Part shown: piece after piece, positions 1 through 8,270 of the stretch
How positions within the stretch are numbered: position 1 is the first letter of the stretch
Layout of the letters: every line of letters begins with the position of its first letter
Origin: Synechococcus sp. A15-24
GTDB lineage: Bacteria > Cyanobacteriota > Cyanobacteriia > PCC-6307 > Cyanobiaceae
Length of the DNA: 32,000 nucleotides
Direction: 5' to 3'
NCBI RefSeq assembly: GCF_014280195.1
Contig: NZ_CP047960.1
Span: 2,010,001 to 2,042,000 of the forward strand
Notes under the pieces: generated by a model
What the model was told of the DNA's origin: nothing
Seen by the model: the letters and a program-made list of their open reading frames with translations, nothing else
Databases searched by the model: none
Translations under genes and position numbers: made by a program

Positions 1-1
1 G

Positions 2-412
2 TTGTTGGGCATGGATCAAGGCCTCGACAACAGCGAACGTCGCGAACGAGTCCGACTGCGGCTGGAGGAACTGGGGCTGGCAGGGCTGGAGCGTCGACCG
101 ATCCATGCCCTCAGTGGCGGCCAGAAACAGCGACTAGCCATTGCCGGAGCTCTGGCCAGCGAGGCGAGCCTGCTGTTGCTGGATGAGCCGACGGCTTTGC
201 TCGATCCAGACAGTCAGTCCAGCGTGCTCGCCGCCGTTCAGGAGCTTTGCCGACGACCAGAGGCCCCCCTCACAGCGCTGTGGATCACCCACCGGCTCGA
301 GGAACTGACCTGTGCCGACGGCGCGGCTGAGATGCGTGCGGGGCGTATTGGTCCGTGGATGTCAGGAACAGAACTGCAACGACGCTTGCAGCACGGGAGC
401 TCTGACAGGTAA
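2..412 (+). CDS. ABC transporter ATP-binding protein, C-terminal part (5' end lies outside the window)
   Basis: ORF is open to the left edge. Translation has ABC signature LSGGQKQR, Walker B LLLLDEPT and H-loop ITHRL. TAA stop at 410-412. Confidence 0.85.
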   Translation: MLGMDQGLDNSERRERVRLRLEELGLAGLERRPIHALSGGQKQRLAIAGALASEASLLLLDEPTALLDPDSQSSVLAAVQELCRRPEAPLTALWITHRLEELTCADGAAEMRAGRIGPWMSGTELQRRLQHGSSDR

Positions 413-428
413 GTTCTTCGGGAGCCAT

Positions 429-500
429 TCCTCGGTAGCTCAGCGGTAGAGCGGTCGACTGTTAATCGATTGGTCGCAGGTTCGAATCCCGCCCGGGGAG
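429..500 (+). tRNA. tRNA-Asn (anticodon GTT), no encoded CCA
   Basis: Cloverleaf read by eye: acceptor TCCTCGG/CCGGGGA, D-arm GCTC-AGCGGTA-GAGC, anticodon stem GTCGA/TCGAT with loop CTGTTAA, T-arm GCAGG-TTCGAAT-CCCGC, discriminator G500. Confidence 0.9.
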
Positions 501-505
501 CTTTC

Positions 506-536
506 AAGCCACAGCAAACGCTGTGGCTTTTTTTAT
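506..536 (+). terminator. Rho-independent terminator after tRNA-Asn
   Basis: Perfect 10-bp stem AAGCCACAGC (506-515) / GCTGTGGCTT (520-529), AAAC loop, followed by a T-run from 530. Confidence 0.75.
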
Positions 537-780
537 TGACAAAAAAGGAATTTTCATGACAACCGATTGCCCGAAGCGGAAGACTTCCTGAACAGCCACC
601 TCGGCTCAGCCGATTACCAAGGCGCAAGATCGCTTGCAGCACAGCGGTTCTCAGAGATCAACCTGAAATTCCTTCCACAACGCAAAATCTGCAGACACCC
701 GAAAAGCTTGAGAGAATCCTTTAAGCGTCGTTCCAGAAGACCAGCGCTCCGTTTTCTTTTCTTGTTCCGCCCCCAGATCG

Positions 781-1569
781 ATGAAGCCTTGCATCCTGCT
801 GATCGAAGACGACCAGGACATGCGCGACCTGGTGAGTGGTCATTTGGAGCACAGCGGCTTCGACGTTCAAAGGGCCGATGACGGCATCAAGGGCCAGGCC
901 CTAGCGCTCCAGTACACGCCGGATCTGATCCTGCTGGACCTGATGCTGCCCAAAGTCGATGGCCTGACCCTCTGTCAGCGCCTGCGCCGCGATGACCGCA
1001 CCTCCGGCATCCCGATCCTGATGCTCACGGCCCTCGGCGGCACCAAGGACAAGGTCAGTGGTTTCAACTCAGGCGCCGACGACTACCTAACCAAGCCCTT
1101 CGATCTGGAGGAGCTGCAAGCGCGGGTGAAGGCACTCCTCCGCCGCAGTGATCGTGCTCCCGTGGGCTCGAGCAACCACAACGAAATCCTCAGCTACGGA
1201 CCGCTCACCCTCGTGCCCGAGCGGTTTGAAGCCATCTGGTTTGACACCCCGGTGCGGCTCACCCACCTGGAATTCGAACTGCTCCACTGCCTGTTGCAAC
1301 GCCACGGACAGACTGTCGCTCCATCCCTGATTCTCAAAGAGGTCTGGGGTTACGAACCGGACGACGACATCGAAACCATTCGCGTTCACGTGCGTCATTT
1401 GCGCACCAAGCTTGAACCTGACCCGCGCAAGCCTCGCTTCATCAAGACCGTCTACGGAGCCGGCTACTGCCTTGAGTTGCCGATCGGTGGCGAACTGGAC
1501 GACCTTCAGGATGTTGTCGCCATTGCCCGCAATGAGCGCAAGCAGGAAAGCGAACGGGCCAGCGCCTGA
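781..1569 (+). CDS. rpaA: OmpR-family response regulator, RpaA-type (circadian-output regulator)
   Basis: ATG start. Receiver domain ([21 protein letters not shown]) plus winged-helix domain. Long stretches match my memory of RpaA ([72 protein letters not shown]). TGA at 1567-1569. Confidence 0.85.
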   Translation: MKPCILLIEDDQDMRDLVSGHLEHSGFDVQRADDGIKGQALALQYTPDLILLDLMLPKVDGLTLCQRLRRDDRTSGIPILMLTALGGTKDKVSGFNSGADDYLTKPFDLEELQARVKALLRRSDRAPVGSSNHNEILSYGPLTLVPERFEAIWFDTPVRLTHLEFELLHCLLQRHGQTVAPSLILKEVWGYEPDDDIETIRVHVRHLRTKLEPDPRKPRFIKTVYGAGYCLELPIGGELDDLQDVVAIARNERKQESERASA

Positions 1570-1572
1570 GCC

Positions 1573-2514
1573 TTATCCACCGGTTGTCAGCTCCAGCAAC
1601 GCCACCTCCCAGGCGAGGCGTGGCTGAACGAACGACAGCAATTGGCGCCGCAGTGTTTCCAGGCGTTGCAACGGTCGATCACCGGCACCACGGGCCCACA
1701 GCTGTTGCTGCCACCAGTTGATCAACCACAGCTGTTGCTCACCATTGAGGGCTTCACACACATCCCTGGCGAGAGCCAAGGCTTCCATGGGTTGATCAGG
1801 CATCAATGCCAATCGCCCTGTGAGCTCCTCGGGCAAGCCTGCCCGCTGGCGCCGATGCTCCAGCAGAGCACCCGGTGATCCAGCCGCCATGGCCAGCAGC
1901 TCCGGCGGATCCTGCTCCAGCGCTCCACAACCCTCCAGCACACGATTCAGATCCGCCTGGGCAAGCCGCAGGAAGCGAATCAGCTGACATCGTGAGCGGA
2001 TCGTGCTCAGCAACCGCTCCGGCGCAGCCGAAAGCAGAATCAACAGCCCGTGTCCTGGCTCCTCCAGGGTCTTCAGCAGGGCATTGGCCGCGGCCTCCGA
2101 CATCGCCTCTACCGCTTCGATCACCACCATGCCCCGTTCAGCCTCCACCGGTTGACGGGCCAGGAAGCGGCTGATCGAGCGGACCTGCTCCAGACGCAGC
2201 TGAGGCGGCGTGCGGCGGCTGATCCCAGCCTCCTCGGCTTCCTCCCGGGTCAGCAGACGACCCTGGTGCTGAAACGTCGGCTCAACCCAGAGCAGGTCGG
2301 GATGGTTGCGTTCCTCCAGCCGCCGTCGCTGCCGCTCCGCTGGTTGCCCCGCCCCCAGCACACCCTCCAGAAATCGCACGGCTGCCAGCCGACGGCCCAC
2401 CCCATCAGGCCCAGCGAACAGATAAGCCGGTGCCAGGCGCTGCCGCTTCAACGCGGCAGTCAGCAGATCCACCGCCAAGGGTTGACCGATCAGGTCCTCG
2501 AACAGATTGGTCAT
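1573..2514 (-). CDS. holB: DNA polymerase III delta-prime subunit
   Basis: ORF 1573-2592 trimmed to ATG 2514-2512 (MTNLFEDLIGQP), which overlaps the tmk stop as ATGA. Has AYLFAGPDGVGRR degenerate P-loop and NALLKTLEEP clamp-loader motif. Confidence 0.8.
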   Translation of the reverse strand: MTNLFEDLIGQPLAVDLLTAALKRQRLAPAYLFAGPDGVGRRLAAVRFLEGVLGAGQPAERQRRRLEERNHPDLLWVEPTFQHQGRLLTREEAEEAGISRRTPPQLRLEQVRSISRFLARQPVEAERGMVVIEAVEAMSEAAANALLKTLEEPGHGLLILLSAAPERLLSTIRSRCQLIRFLRLAQADLNRVLEGCGALEQDPPELLAMAAGSPGALLEHRRQRAGLPEELTGRLALMPDQPMEALALARDVCEALNGEQQLWLINWWQQQLWARGAGDRPLQRLETLRRQLLSFVQPRLAWEVALLELTTGG

Positions 2515-3140
2515 CCCAGGCGGTCCATCAGTTCCCGCTCCAAGGCGCGGCTCACGGCCTCCGGCGGGCGATCCGCCGCAATGGCCGACCATCCCCGCTG
2601 CTCGGCAATGGCCGCAAACCCGTCAATCACGCGCTGCAGAAAGACCTGCCCCTCCGCTTCGATGCGGTCGGCCTGATCACCCTGCCGGCGCCGCAGACTC
2701 TCCTCCAGCGGCAGGGTCATCCACAGGGTGAGATCCGGTTGCACACCAGCGGTGGCGATCCGCTCAAGCTGATCGATAAGCTGGCGATCCAAGCCCCGGC
2801 CATGTCCCTGATACGCCATGGTTGAGCCGGAGAAGCGATCGCTGATCACCCAATCGCCTCGTTCCAGGGCTGGGCGGATCAGGCGCTCCACGTGTTGGGC
2901 GCGATCCGCTGCGTAGAGCAACAATTCCGCCGTTGGCGCCGGAGCCTGCTCCGCCCGTGTGTGCAGAAGAAGCTCGCGCACGGAACGGCCCAGCGGAGTC
3001 CCCCCCGGTTCCCTGGTGCTGATCAGCTCGGCACCTGCCGGCATCAGTCCGCTGCCCGGCAGCCAGCCCAAAAGATGATCGAGCTGCGTCGACTTGCCGC
3101 AGCCATCAATCCCGTCGAGAACGATGAAGCGACCGCTCAT
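2511..3140 (-). CDS. tmk: Thymidylate kinase
   Basis: [20 protein letters not shown]-loop, REPGGTP, DRF and LID-region motifs. Its ATG overlaps the upstream ATPase stop (ATGA at 3137-3140). Confidence 0.92.
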   Translation of the reverse strand: MSGRFIVLDGIDGCGKSTQLDHLLGWLPGSGLMPAGAELISTREPGGTPLGRSVRELLLHTRAEQAPAPTAELLLYAADRAQHVERLIRPALERGDWVISDRFSGSTMAYQGHGRGLDRQLIDQLERIATAGVQPDLTLWMTLPLEESLRRRQGDQADRIEAEGQVFLQRVIDGFAAIAEQRGWSAIAADRPPEAVSRALERELMDRLG

Positions 3141-5452
3141 GCCACCCGCAGCAGCAGAGCATTGAGCACCACCGTGATCGAACTGATGGCCATCAGCAAG
3201 GCCGCAAGGGGCGGGGACAGCAGCACCCCCTGACTCGGCAACAGGGCACCAGCGGCAAGGGGCAGGGCGATCAGGTTGTAACCGAAGGCCCAGAAAAGGT
3301 TCTGCCGCACTTTGGCCAGGGTGCGGCGGGCCAGGGTCAACGCTTCCGGCAGGTTGTCCAGACGATCTCCCATCAACACCATGCCGGCGGTGTCCTGGGC
3401 GATCTGGGTGCCGGTGCCGATAGCAATGCCCAGATCCGCCGCTGCCAGAGCCGGAGCATCGTTGATGCCGTCACCCACCATGGCGACCCGCCCCCGTTGG
3501 AGCAGCTCCTCCAGGCGCTGCAGTTTCTGCTCCGGCAGCATCTGCCAGCCCAGATCAGCCGCCTCAAAGCCCAGCTGCTGACCCAACGCACGCACCGCCG
3601 GCTCGCGGTCACCGCTGAACATCGCCAGGGCAAGGCCCTGCTGACGCAAGCGTTCCAGAGCCGGCACCACATCGGCACGCAGCTGGTCTTCGATCTGAAC
3701 CAATCCCAGCAAGGCACTGCCATGGGCCACCGCCACCACGGAGCCATCGGCCTGAGCCAGCCAGGTCCTGGATTCATCGCTGAGGGCAACGCCGAATGAA
3801 CCCAGCCAATCGGGACGTCCCACCCGAATCGGTTGAGGCCAACCCTCCACCTCGCCCACCAGACCCTGCCCGGACACGGTGGTGACCTGCACTGGTTCCA
3901 GCAGGGTCAGGTCCCGTCGCTGCGCCTCCTGCAGCAGGGCATGGGCCAGAGGGTGACGACTGCTCTGCTCGAGGCTGGCAGCCAGCTGCAGCAGCAGAGC
4001 CGCGTCCTTGGCCCACACGCTGGTCACCAGCGGGCGCCCGAGGGTGAGGGTTCCTGTCTTGTCGAACACAACGCGATCGAGGCCGGCGGCGGTTTCGATC
4101 ACATCGCCGCCGCGAAACAACCAGCCCCGCTGCGCCGCCAGACCGGTGGCCACGGTAATCACGGTGGGGGTGGCCAAGCCAAGGGCGCAGGGACAGGCCA
4201 CCACCAGCACAGCGATCGACAACTGCAACGCCAACCCGACCGGGGAGGTGGCACCACTGCCGAGACCGCCGTGGTGCATCGCATGGCCGCTGGTCATCAG
4301 ATGCCCCTGGGGCATGCCAGGTGCTGACGCCTGCATCACCTGGGGCCATTGACCGGCGCCGAACAGCCACCAGAACAGAAAGGTGGCCAGGGCAAGAGCG
4401 ATCACGCCGTAGCAGAAGCGTCCGGCCACGCGATCCGCCAGCCCCTGAATCGGGGCACGACGCGCCTGGGCCTGCTCCACCAGTCGGATGATCCGTGCCA
4501 AGGCCGTTTCCGCTCCAACCCGCGTGACCTCCAGCACGAGCGGTGCATCGAGGTTGAGGCTGCCGGCGGACAGCTCAAGGCCGGGTTCTGCCTGCCAGGG
4601 CAGCGGTTCACCGGTGAGGCTGGAGGCATCCACCGCCGAATACCCCTCCACCACAACACCATCCACGGGCACACGGTCCCCCGCCAGCAGCTGCAGCCGC
4701 TCCCCGGGGCGCAAGGCCCCGACCCGCACATCCCGGATGGCGCCATCTGGCAGCACCAGACGGGCCGTATCGGGTTGCAGCTGGGCCAACTGATGCAGCG
4801 CCTGACCGGTGCGGAAGCGAGCCCGTTCCTCCAGGAAGCGCCCAAGCAACACGAAACCCAGCAGCATCACCGGCTCGTTGAAAAAACAGGGCCAGCCGAC
4901 CTGGGGCCAAATCAGTGCCACAAGACTGGCCAGATAGGCGCTGCCGACCCCCAGACCCACCAGGGTGTCCATGCTGGGCGCACCCGCCCGGACAGCCGCG
5001 AAACCACCCAGCAGAATCGGCCGACCGGGACCCAACAAGGCCACGGTGGCCAGAGCGGCATGGAAAGGCAGGCTGCCGATCAGGGGCAACGACAGATGGC
5101 CGGCCTCGCTGAGGTGACCAAGCACCGACAACAGCAGCAGCGTGAGGGCCACCATCAGTTGGCGCCACTGCTGCCACCAGGTCAATCCGGAGGCTCCCGC
5201 CGCAAGCCGAGCGGAAGATGGCTCCAGGGAGCGTTCACGAGCAGGAAATCCACGACTGGCCAAGGCGCCGAGTACGGCGTCGACATCGCCATCGGCTTCG
5301 CTGAGATCCAGCCATGCCGCACGGCTCACCAGGTTCACATCAGCGCGCTGCACCCCCGGCTGCTCGAGCAAGGTGCGCTCCACGGCTCGCACACAGCCTC
5401 CGCATTTCATCCCCTCCACATCGAGGACGACGGTCTGAACCGCAGGACTCAC
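3137..5452 (-). CDS. Cu(I)-translocating P1B-type ATPase (CtaA/PacS/CopA-like)
   Basis: N-terminal HMA domain with GMKCGGC, TGE (LTGEP), CPC in a TM helix ([12 protein letters not shown]), [17 protein letters not shown], plus YN (FGYN) and MxxSS (MAISS) P1B-1 signatures. GTG start at 5452-5450. Confidence 0.92.
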   Translation of the reverse strand: MSPAVQTVVLDVEGMKCGGCVRAVERTLLEQPGVQRADVNLVSRAAWLDLSEADGDVDAVLGALASRGFPARERSLEPSSARLAAGASGLTWWQQWRQLMVALTLLLLSVLGHLSEAGHLSLPLIGSLPFHAALATVALLGPGRPILLGGFAAVRAGAPSMDTLVGLGVGSAYLASLVALIWPQVGWPCFFNEPVMLLGFVLLGRFLEERARFRTGQALHQLAQLQPDTARLVLPDGAIRDVRVGALRPGERLQLLAGDRVPVDGVVVEGYSAVDASSLTGEPLPWQAEPGLELSAGSLNLDAPLVLEVTRVGAETALARIIRLVEQAQARRAPIQGLADRVAGRFCYGVIALALATFLFWWLFGAGQWPQVMQASAPGMPQGHLMTSGHAMHHGGLGSGATSPVGLALQLSIAVLVVACPCALGLATPTVITVATGLAAQRGWLFRGGDVIETAAGLDRVVFDKTGTLTLGRPLVTSVWAKDAALLLQLAASLEQSSRHPLAHALLQEAQRRDLTLLEPVQVTTVSGQGLVGEVEGWPQPIRVGRPDWLGSFGVALSDESRTWLAQADGSVVAVAHGSALLGLVQIEDQLRADVVPALERLRQQGLALAMFSGDREPAVRALGQQLGFEAADLGWQMLPEQKLQRLEELLQRGRVAMVGDGINDAPALAAADLGIAIGTGTQIAQDTAGMVLMGDRLDNLPEALTLARRTLAKVRQNLFWAFGYNLIALPLAAGALLPSQGVLLSPPLAALLMAISSITVVLNALLLRVA

Positions 5453-5526
5453 TGGCGCTTGTTCGTTACGGCAACGCTAGGTCGGGTTCTGGTCCCGTCA
5501 GGATGGGGGCCTTCCGCCGGAGCGCC
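5453..5526. promoter_or_regulatory. Divergent intergenic region between the Cu-ATPase operon and ycf3
   Basis: 74 bp between two divergent start codons, so promoters for both units must lie here or inside the neighbouring genes. No consensus boxes recognised. Confidence 0.3.
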
Positions 5527-6048
5527 GTGCCCCGCAGTAATCGCAACGACAACTTCATCGACAAGAGCTTCACGGTGATGGCGGACCTGATCGTCAAGCT
5601 GTTGCCGATCAACGCCCGATCCAAGGAGGCGTACGTCTATTACCGCGATGGCCTCTCCGCTCAGAACGACGGCGACTACGCCGAAGCGCTGGAGAACTAC
5701 GACGAGGCGCTGAAACTCGAGGACAACCCCACCGACCGTGGGGAAACCCTCAAGAACATGGCGATCATCTACATGTCGAACGGCGAGGAGGAGCGGGCGA
5801 TTGAGACGTACCGCAGAGCCCTGGACGAGAACTCCAACCAGCCGTCCTGCCTCAAGAACATGGGGCTGATCTTTGAGAAATGGGGGCGGATCGCCGAAGA
5901 AGACGGCCGCCAGGACGACGCCGATCGCTGGTTTGACCAGGCCGCCGAGGCCTGGACCCAGGCGGTGCGCCTCAATCCCGGCGGCTATCTGGACATCGAG
6001 AACTGGTTGAAATCAACCGGGCGCAGCAACGTCGACGTCTACTTCTGA
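5527..6048 (+). CDS. ycf3: Photosystem I assembly protein Ycf3 (TPR protein)
   Basis: From GTG 5527 the product is 173 aa. It begins (M)[22 protein letters not shown], as I remember Ycf3 N-termini, followed by TPR repeats. An in-frame ATG at 5503 is an alternative start. Confidence 0.9.
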   Translation: MPRSNRNDNFIDKSFTVMADLIVKLLPINARSKEAYVYYRDGLSAQNDGDYAEALENYDEALKLEDNPTDRGETLKNMAIIYMSNGEEERAIETYRRALDENSNQPSCLKNMGLIFEKWGRIAEEDGRQDDADRWFDQAAEAWTQAVRLNPGGYLDIENWLKSTGRSNVDVYF

Positions 6049-7433
6049 TCCGTCACGTCCTCACCGAGAGCCAGCACGAGGGCCTCGGTGACCCCATCGG
6101 CCTCTAGTAGGGCAAGATCAAGACCACTGGCCAAGGCGCCCAGACCACTGCCGCGGGGCACCACCGCCCGCCGGAATCCGAGCCGCGCCGCCTCCTGCAG
6201 ACGCAACTCCAGCTGAGCGACCGGTCTGAGCTGCCCGCCCAGACCCAGCTCGCCGACCAGCACCGTTCCCGGCGGGAGGGTGAGATCGCGAAAACTGGCT
6301 ACCACCGCAGCGGCAACCCCAAGATCCGCCGCCGGCTCCTCCACCTCCAGCCCACCGGCCACAGCCAGATAACAATCGAAGCGGGAGAGCGGTAATCCCA
6401 TGTGCTTTTCCAGCACCGCCAGGATCTGGTGAAGCCGGTTGGTACCGATGCCCGTGGCCGTGCGTCGGGGGCTGGCATAGCTGGTGACATTGACCAGGGC
6501 CTGCAGGTCCACCACTAGCGAGCGGGATCCCTCACAGGCCACGATCGTGGCAACACCCGAGGCACGAGTTTCACTCAGGAACAACTCGCTGGGATTGCTC
6601 ACCTCCTCCAGGCCTTGAGCCTGCATCTCGAACAGTCCCAGTTCATGGGTGGCTCCGAAACGGTTTTTGACGGCCCGCAACAGCCGGTGACTGGCAAAGC
6701 GGTCCCCCTCGAAGGTGAGCACCGCGTCCACCAGGTGTTCCAGCACCTTGGGTCCAGCCAACATTCCCTCCTTGGTCACATGGCCCACCAACAACAGGGC
6801 TGTGGTCTGGCGTTTGGCCAGCCGTTGCAAGGCGGCGGCACATTCCCTCACCTGACCAACGGAGCCGGGAGCACTGGGGAGGTTGGCGTCATGGAGAGCC
6901 TGGATGCTGTCGATGATCGCCACGGCAGGACGCAGGGCCTCCAGCTCCTCCAGCACCAGCTCAAGGTCGGTTTCCGCCAGCAGCTGCAGATCAGAGGGGC
7001 CACCCGCCAGGCGCTGCCAACGCAGCTTCACCTGCTGGGCCGACTCCTCCGCACTCACATACAGCACTGAGGTTTGAGCAGCCATCGCCGAAGCGCTCTG
7101 CAGCAGCAGGGTGCTCTTGCCGATGCCCGGATCGCCCCCCACCAACACCAAGGAGCCTGGCACCAGCCCGCCGCCCAGCACCCGATCGAATTCCCCGGAT
7201 CCCGTTGGCAATCGCCGGATCGGCTGATCCTCCAGCGAGGCCATGGCCGTGGAGCGTTTCGGCGTCGGCGGTCGGTCTGCATCCGGCGGACGGCGACGAC
7301 GGCGGTCGTCATTGGCGGGCTGGGACTGTTCCACGAGGGAATTCCAGCTGCCGCACTCCGGGCAGCGTCCAAAGAACTGTCGTGACTGGGCTCCACAGAC
7401 CTGGCAATGGAATACAACGGCGGATTTAGGCAC
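6039..7433 (-). CDS. radA: DNA repair protein RadA/Sms
   Basis: Zn-ribbon CQVCG..CPECG, Walker [16 protein letters not shown] motif and Lon-like C-terminal domain. GTG start at 7433-7431, TAG stop at 6041-6039. Confidence 0.93.
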   Translation of the reverse strand: MPKSAVVFHCQVCGAQSRQFFGRCPECGSWNSLVEQSQPANDDRRRRRPPDADRPPTPKRSTAMASLEDQPIRRLPTGSGEFDRVLGGGLVPGSLVLVGGDPGIGKSTLLLQSASAMAAQTSVLYVSAEESAQQVKLRWQRLAGGPSDLQLLAETDLELVLEELEALRPAVAIIDSIQALHDANLPSAPGSVGQVRECAAALQRLAKRQTTALLLVGHVTKEGMLAGPKVLEHLVDAVLTFEGDRFASHRLLRAVKNRFGATHELGLFEMQAQGLEEVSNPSELFLSETRASGVATIVACEGSRSLVVDLQALVNVTSYASPRRTATGIGTNRLHQILAVLEKHMGLPLSRFDCYLAVAGGLEVEEPAADLGVAAAVVASFRDLTLPPGTVLVGELGLGGQLRPVAQLELRLQEAARLGFRRAVVPRGSGLGALASGLDLALLEADGVTEALVLALGEDVTDQK

Positions 7434-7523
7434 TGCGAACTGTGAAGAAAGTTGCCGTTAGATGAACGGACGGGGGGCCGGGGCTTTTATTTGTGACCAG
7501 AAGAACAAAACGCCCCAGGCGTC
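7434..7523. promoter_or_regulatory. Divergent intergenic region between radA and rpaB
   Basis: 90 bp between divergent starts. Contains a small inverted repeat CCGTT-agatg-AACGG (7455-7469). No consensus promoter recognised. Confidence 0.3.
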
Positions 7524-8270
7524 ATGACGGCCACGACCCCCTCCAAGGAAACAATCCTCGTGGTCGATGACGAGGCCTCGATCAGAAGGATTCTGGAAAC
7601 CCGCTTGTCGATGATCGGGTACAACGTCGTCACGGCCTGCGACGGCACCGAAGCGCTCGAGCTGTTCGAAAACACGGCTCCTGATCTGGTGGTCCTCGAC
7701 GTGATGATGCCGAAGCTGGACGGCTACGGCGTCTGCCAGGAGCTGCGCAAGGAATCCGACGTGCCGATCGTGATGCTGACGGCCCTCGGCGATGTGGCGG
7801 ACCGGATCACGGGGCTTGAGCTCGGGGCTGATGACTACGTCGTCAAACCGTTCAGCCCCAAGGAGCTGGAAGCCCGCATCCGTTGCGTCCTGCGCCGGGT
7901 GGAGAAGGATTCGGTGGCTGGCATTCCCAACTCCGGTGTTATTCAGGTGTCGGATCTCCGCATCGACACCAACAAACGCCAGGTGTTCCGGGCCGACGAG
8001 CGGATCCGCCTGACCGGGATGGAGTTCAGCCTGCTGGAACTGCTGGTGAGTCGCTCCGGTGAGCCATTCAATCGGGGGGAGATCCTCAAGGAAGTCTGGG
8101 GATACACCCCGGAACGCCATGTCGATACCCGCGTGGTGGATGTCCACATTTCGCGGCTTCGCTCCAAGTTGGAGGATGATCCTGCTAACCCCGAGTTGAT
8201 TCTCACGGCTCGCGGTACCGGCTACCTGTTCCAGCGCATCATCGACTCCGTTGCCTCCGAAGGACCCTGA
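7524..8270 (+). CDS. rpaB: OmpR-family response regulator, RpaB/Ycf27-type
   Basis: ATG start. ILVVDDEASIRRILETRLSMIGY, VVLDVMMPKLDGYGVCQELRKESDVPIVMLTALGDVADRITGLELGADDYVVKPFSPKELEARI and a winged-helix C-terminus, typical of Ycf27/RpaB from memory. Confidence 0.9.
   Translation: MTATTPSKETILVVDDEASIRRILETRLSMIGYNVVTACDGTEALELFENTAPDLVVLDVMMPKLDGYGVCQELRKESDVPIVMLTALGDVADRITGLELGADDYVVKPFSPKELEARIRCVLRRVEKDSVAGIPNSGVIQVSDLRIDTNKRQVFRADERIRLTGMEFSLLELLVSRSGEPFNRGEILKEVWGYTPERHVDTRVVDVHISRLRSKLEDDPANPELILTARGTGYLFQRIIDSVASEGP

Noticed and set aside
556-591. 11-codon mini-ORF (MTTDCPKRKTS) with an AGGA 6 nt upstream, in the rpaA leader
   Set aside because: It is too short to distinguish from chance and has no recognisable leader-peptide logic (no codon runs). 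It is relevant only if the leader proves to be regulatory.
5314-5526. Upstream extension of the ycf3 ORF (track start 5314, ATG at 5503)
   Set aside because: The extension overlaps the ATPase start region and is Arg/Pro/Ala-rich. GTG 5527 gives the canonical 173-aa Ycf3 N-terminus. ATG 5503 is kept only as an alternative.
4349-5578. 409-aa plus-strand ORF, and other long ORFs (3312-5438), opposite the Cu-ATPase
   Set aside because: Antisense to a complete P1B ATPase carrying all catalytic motifs. The sequence is low-complexity and Gln/Gly/Arg/His-rich, so it is a GC artefact.
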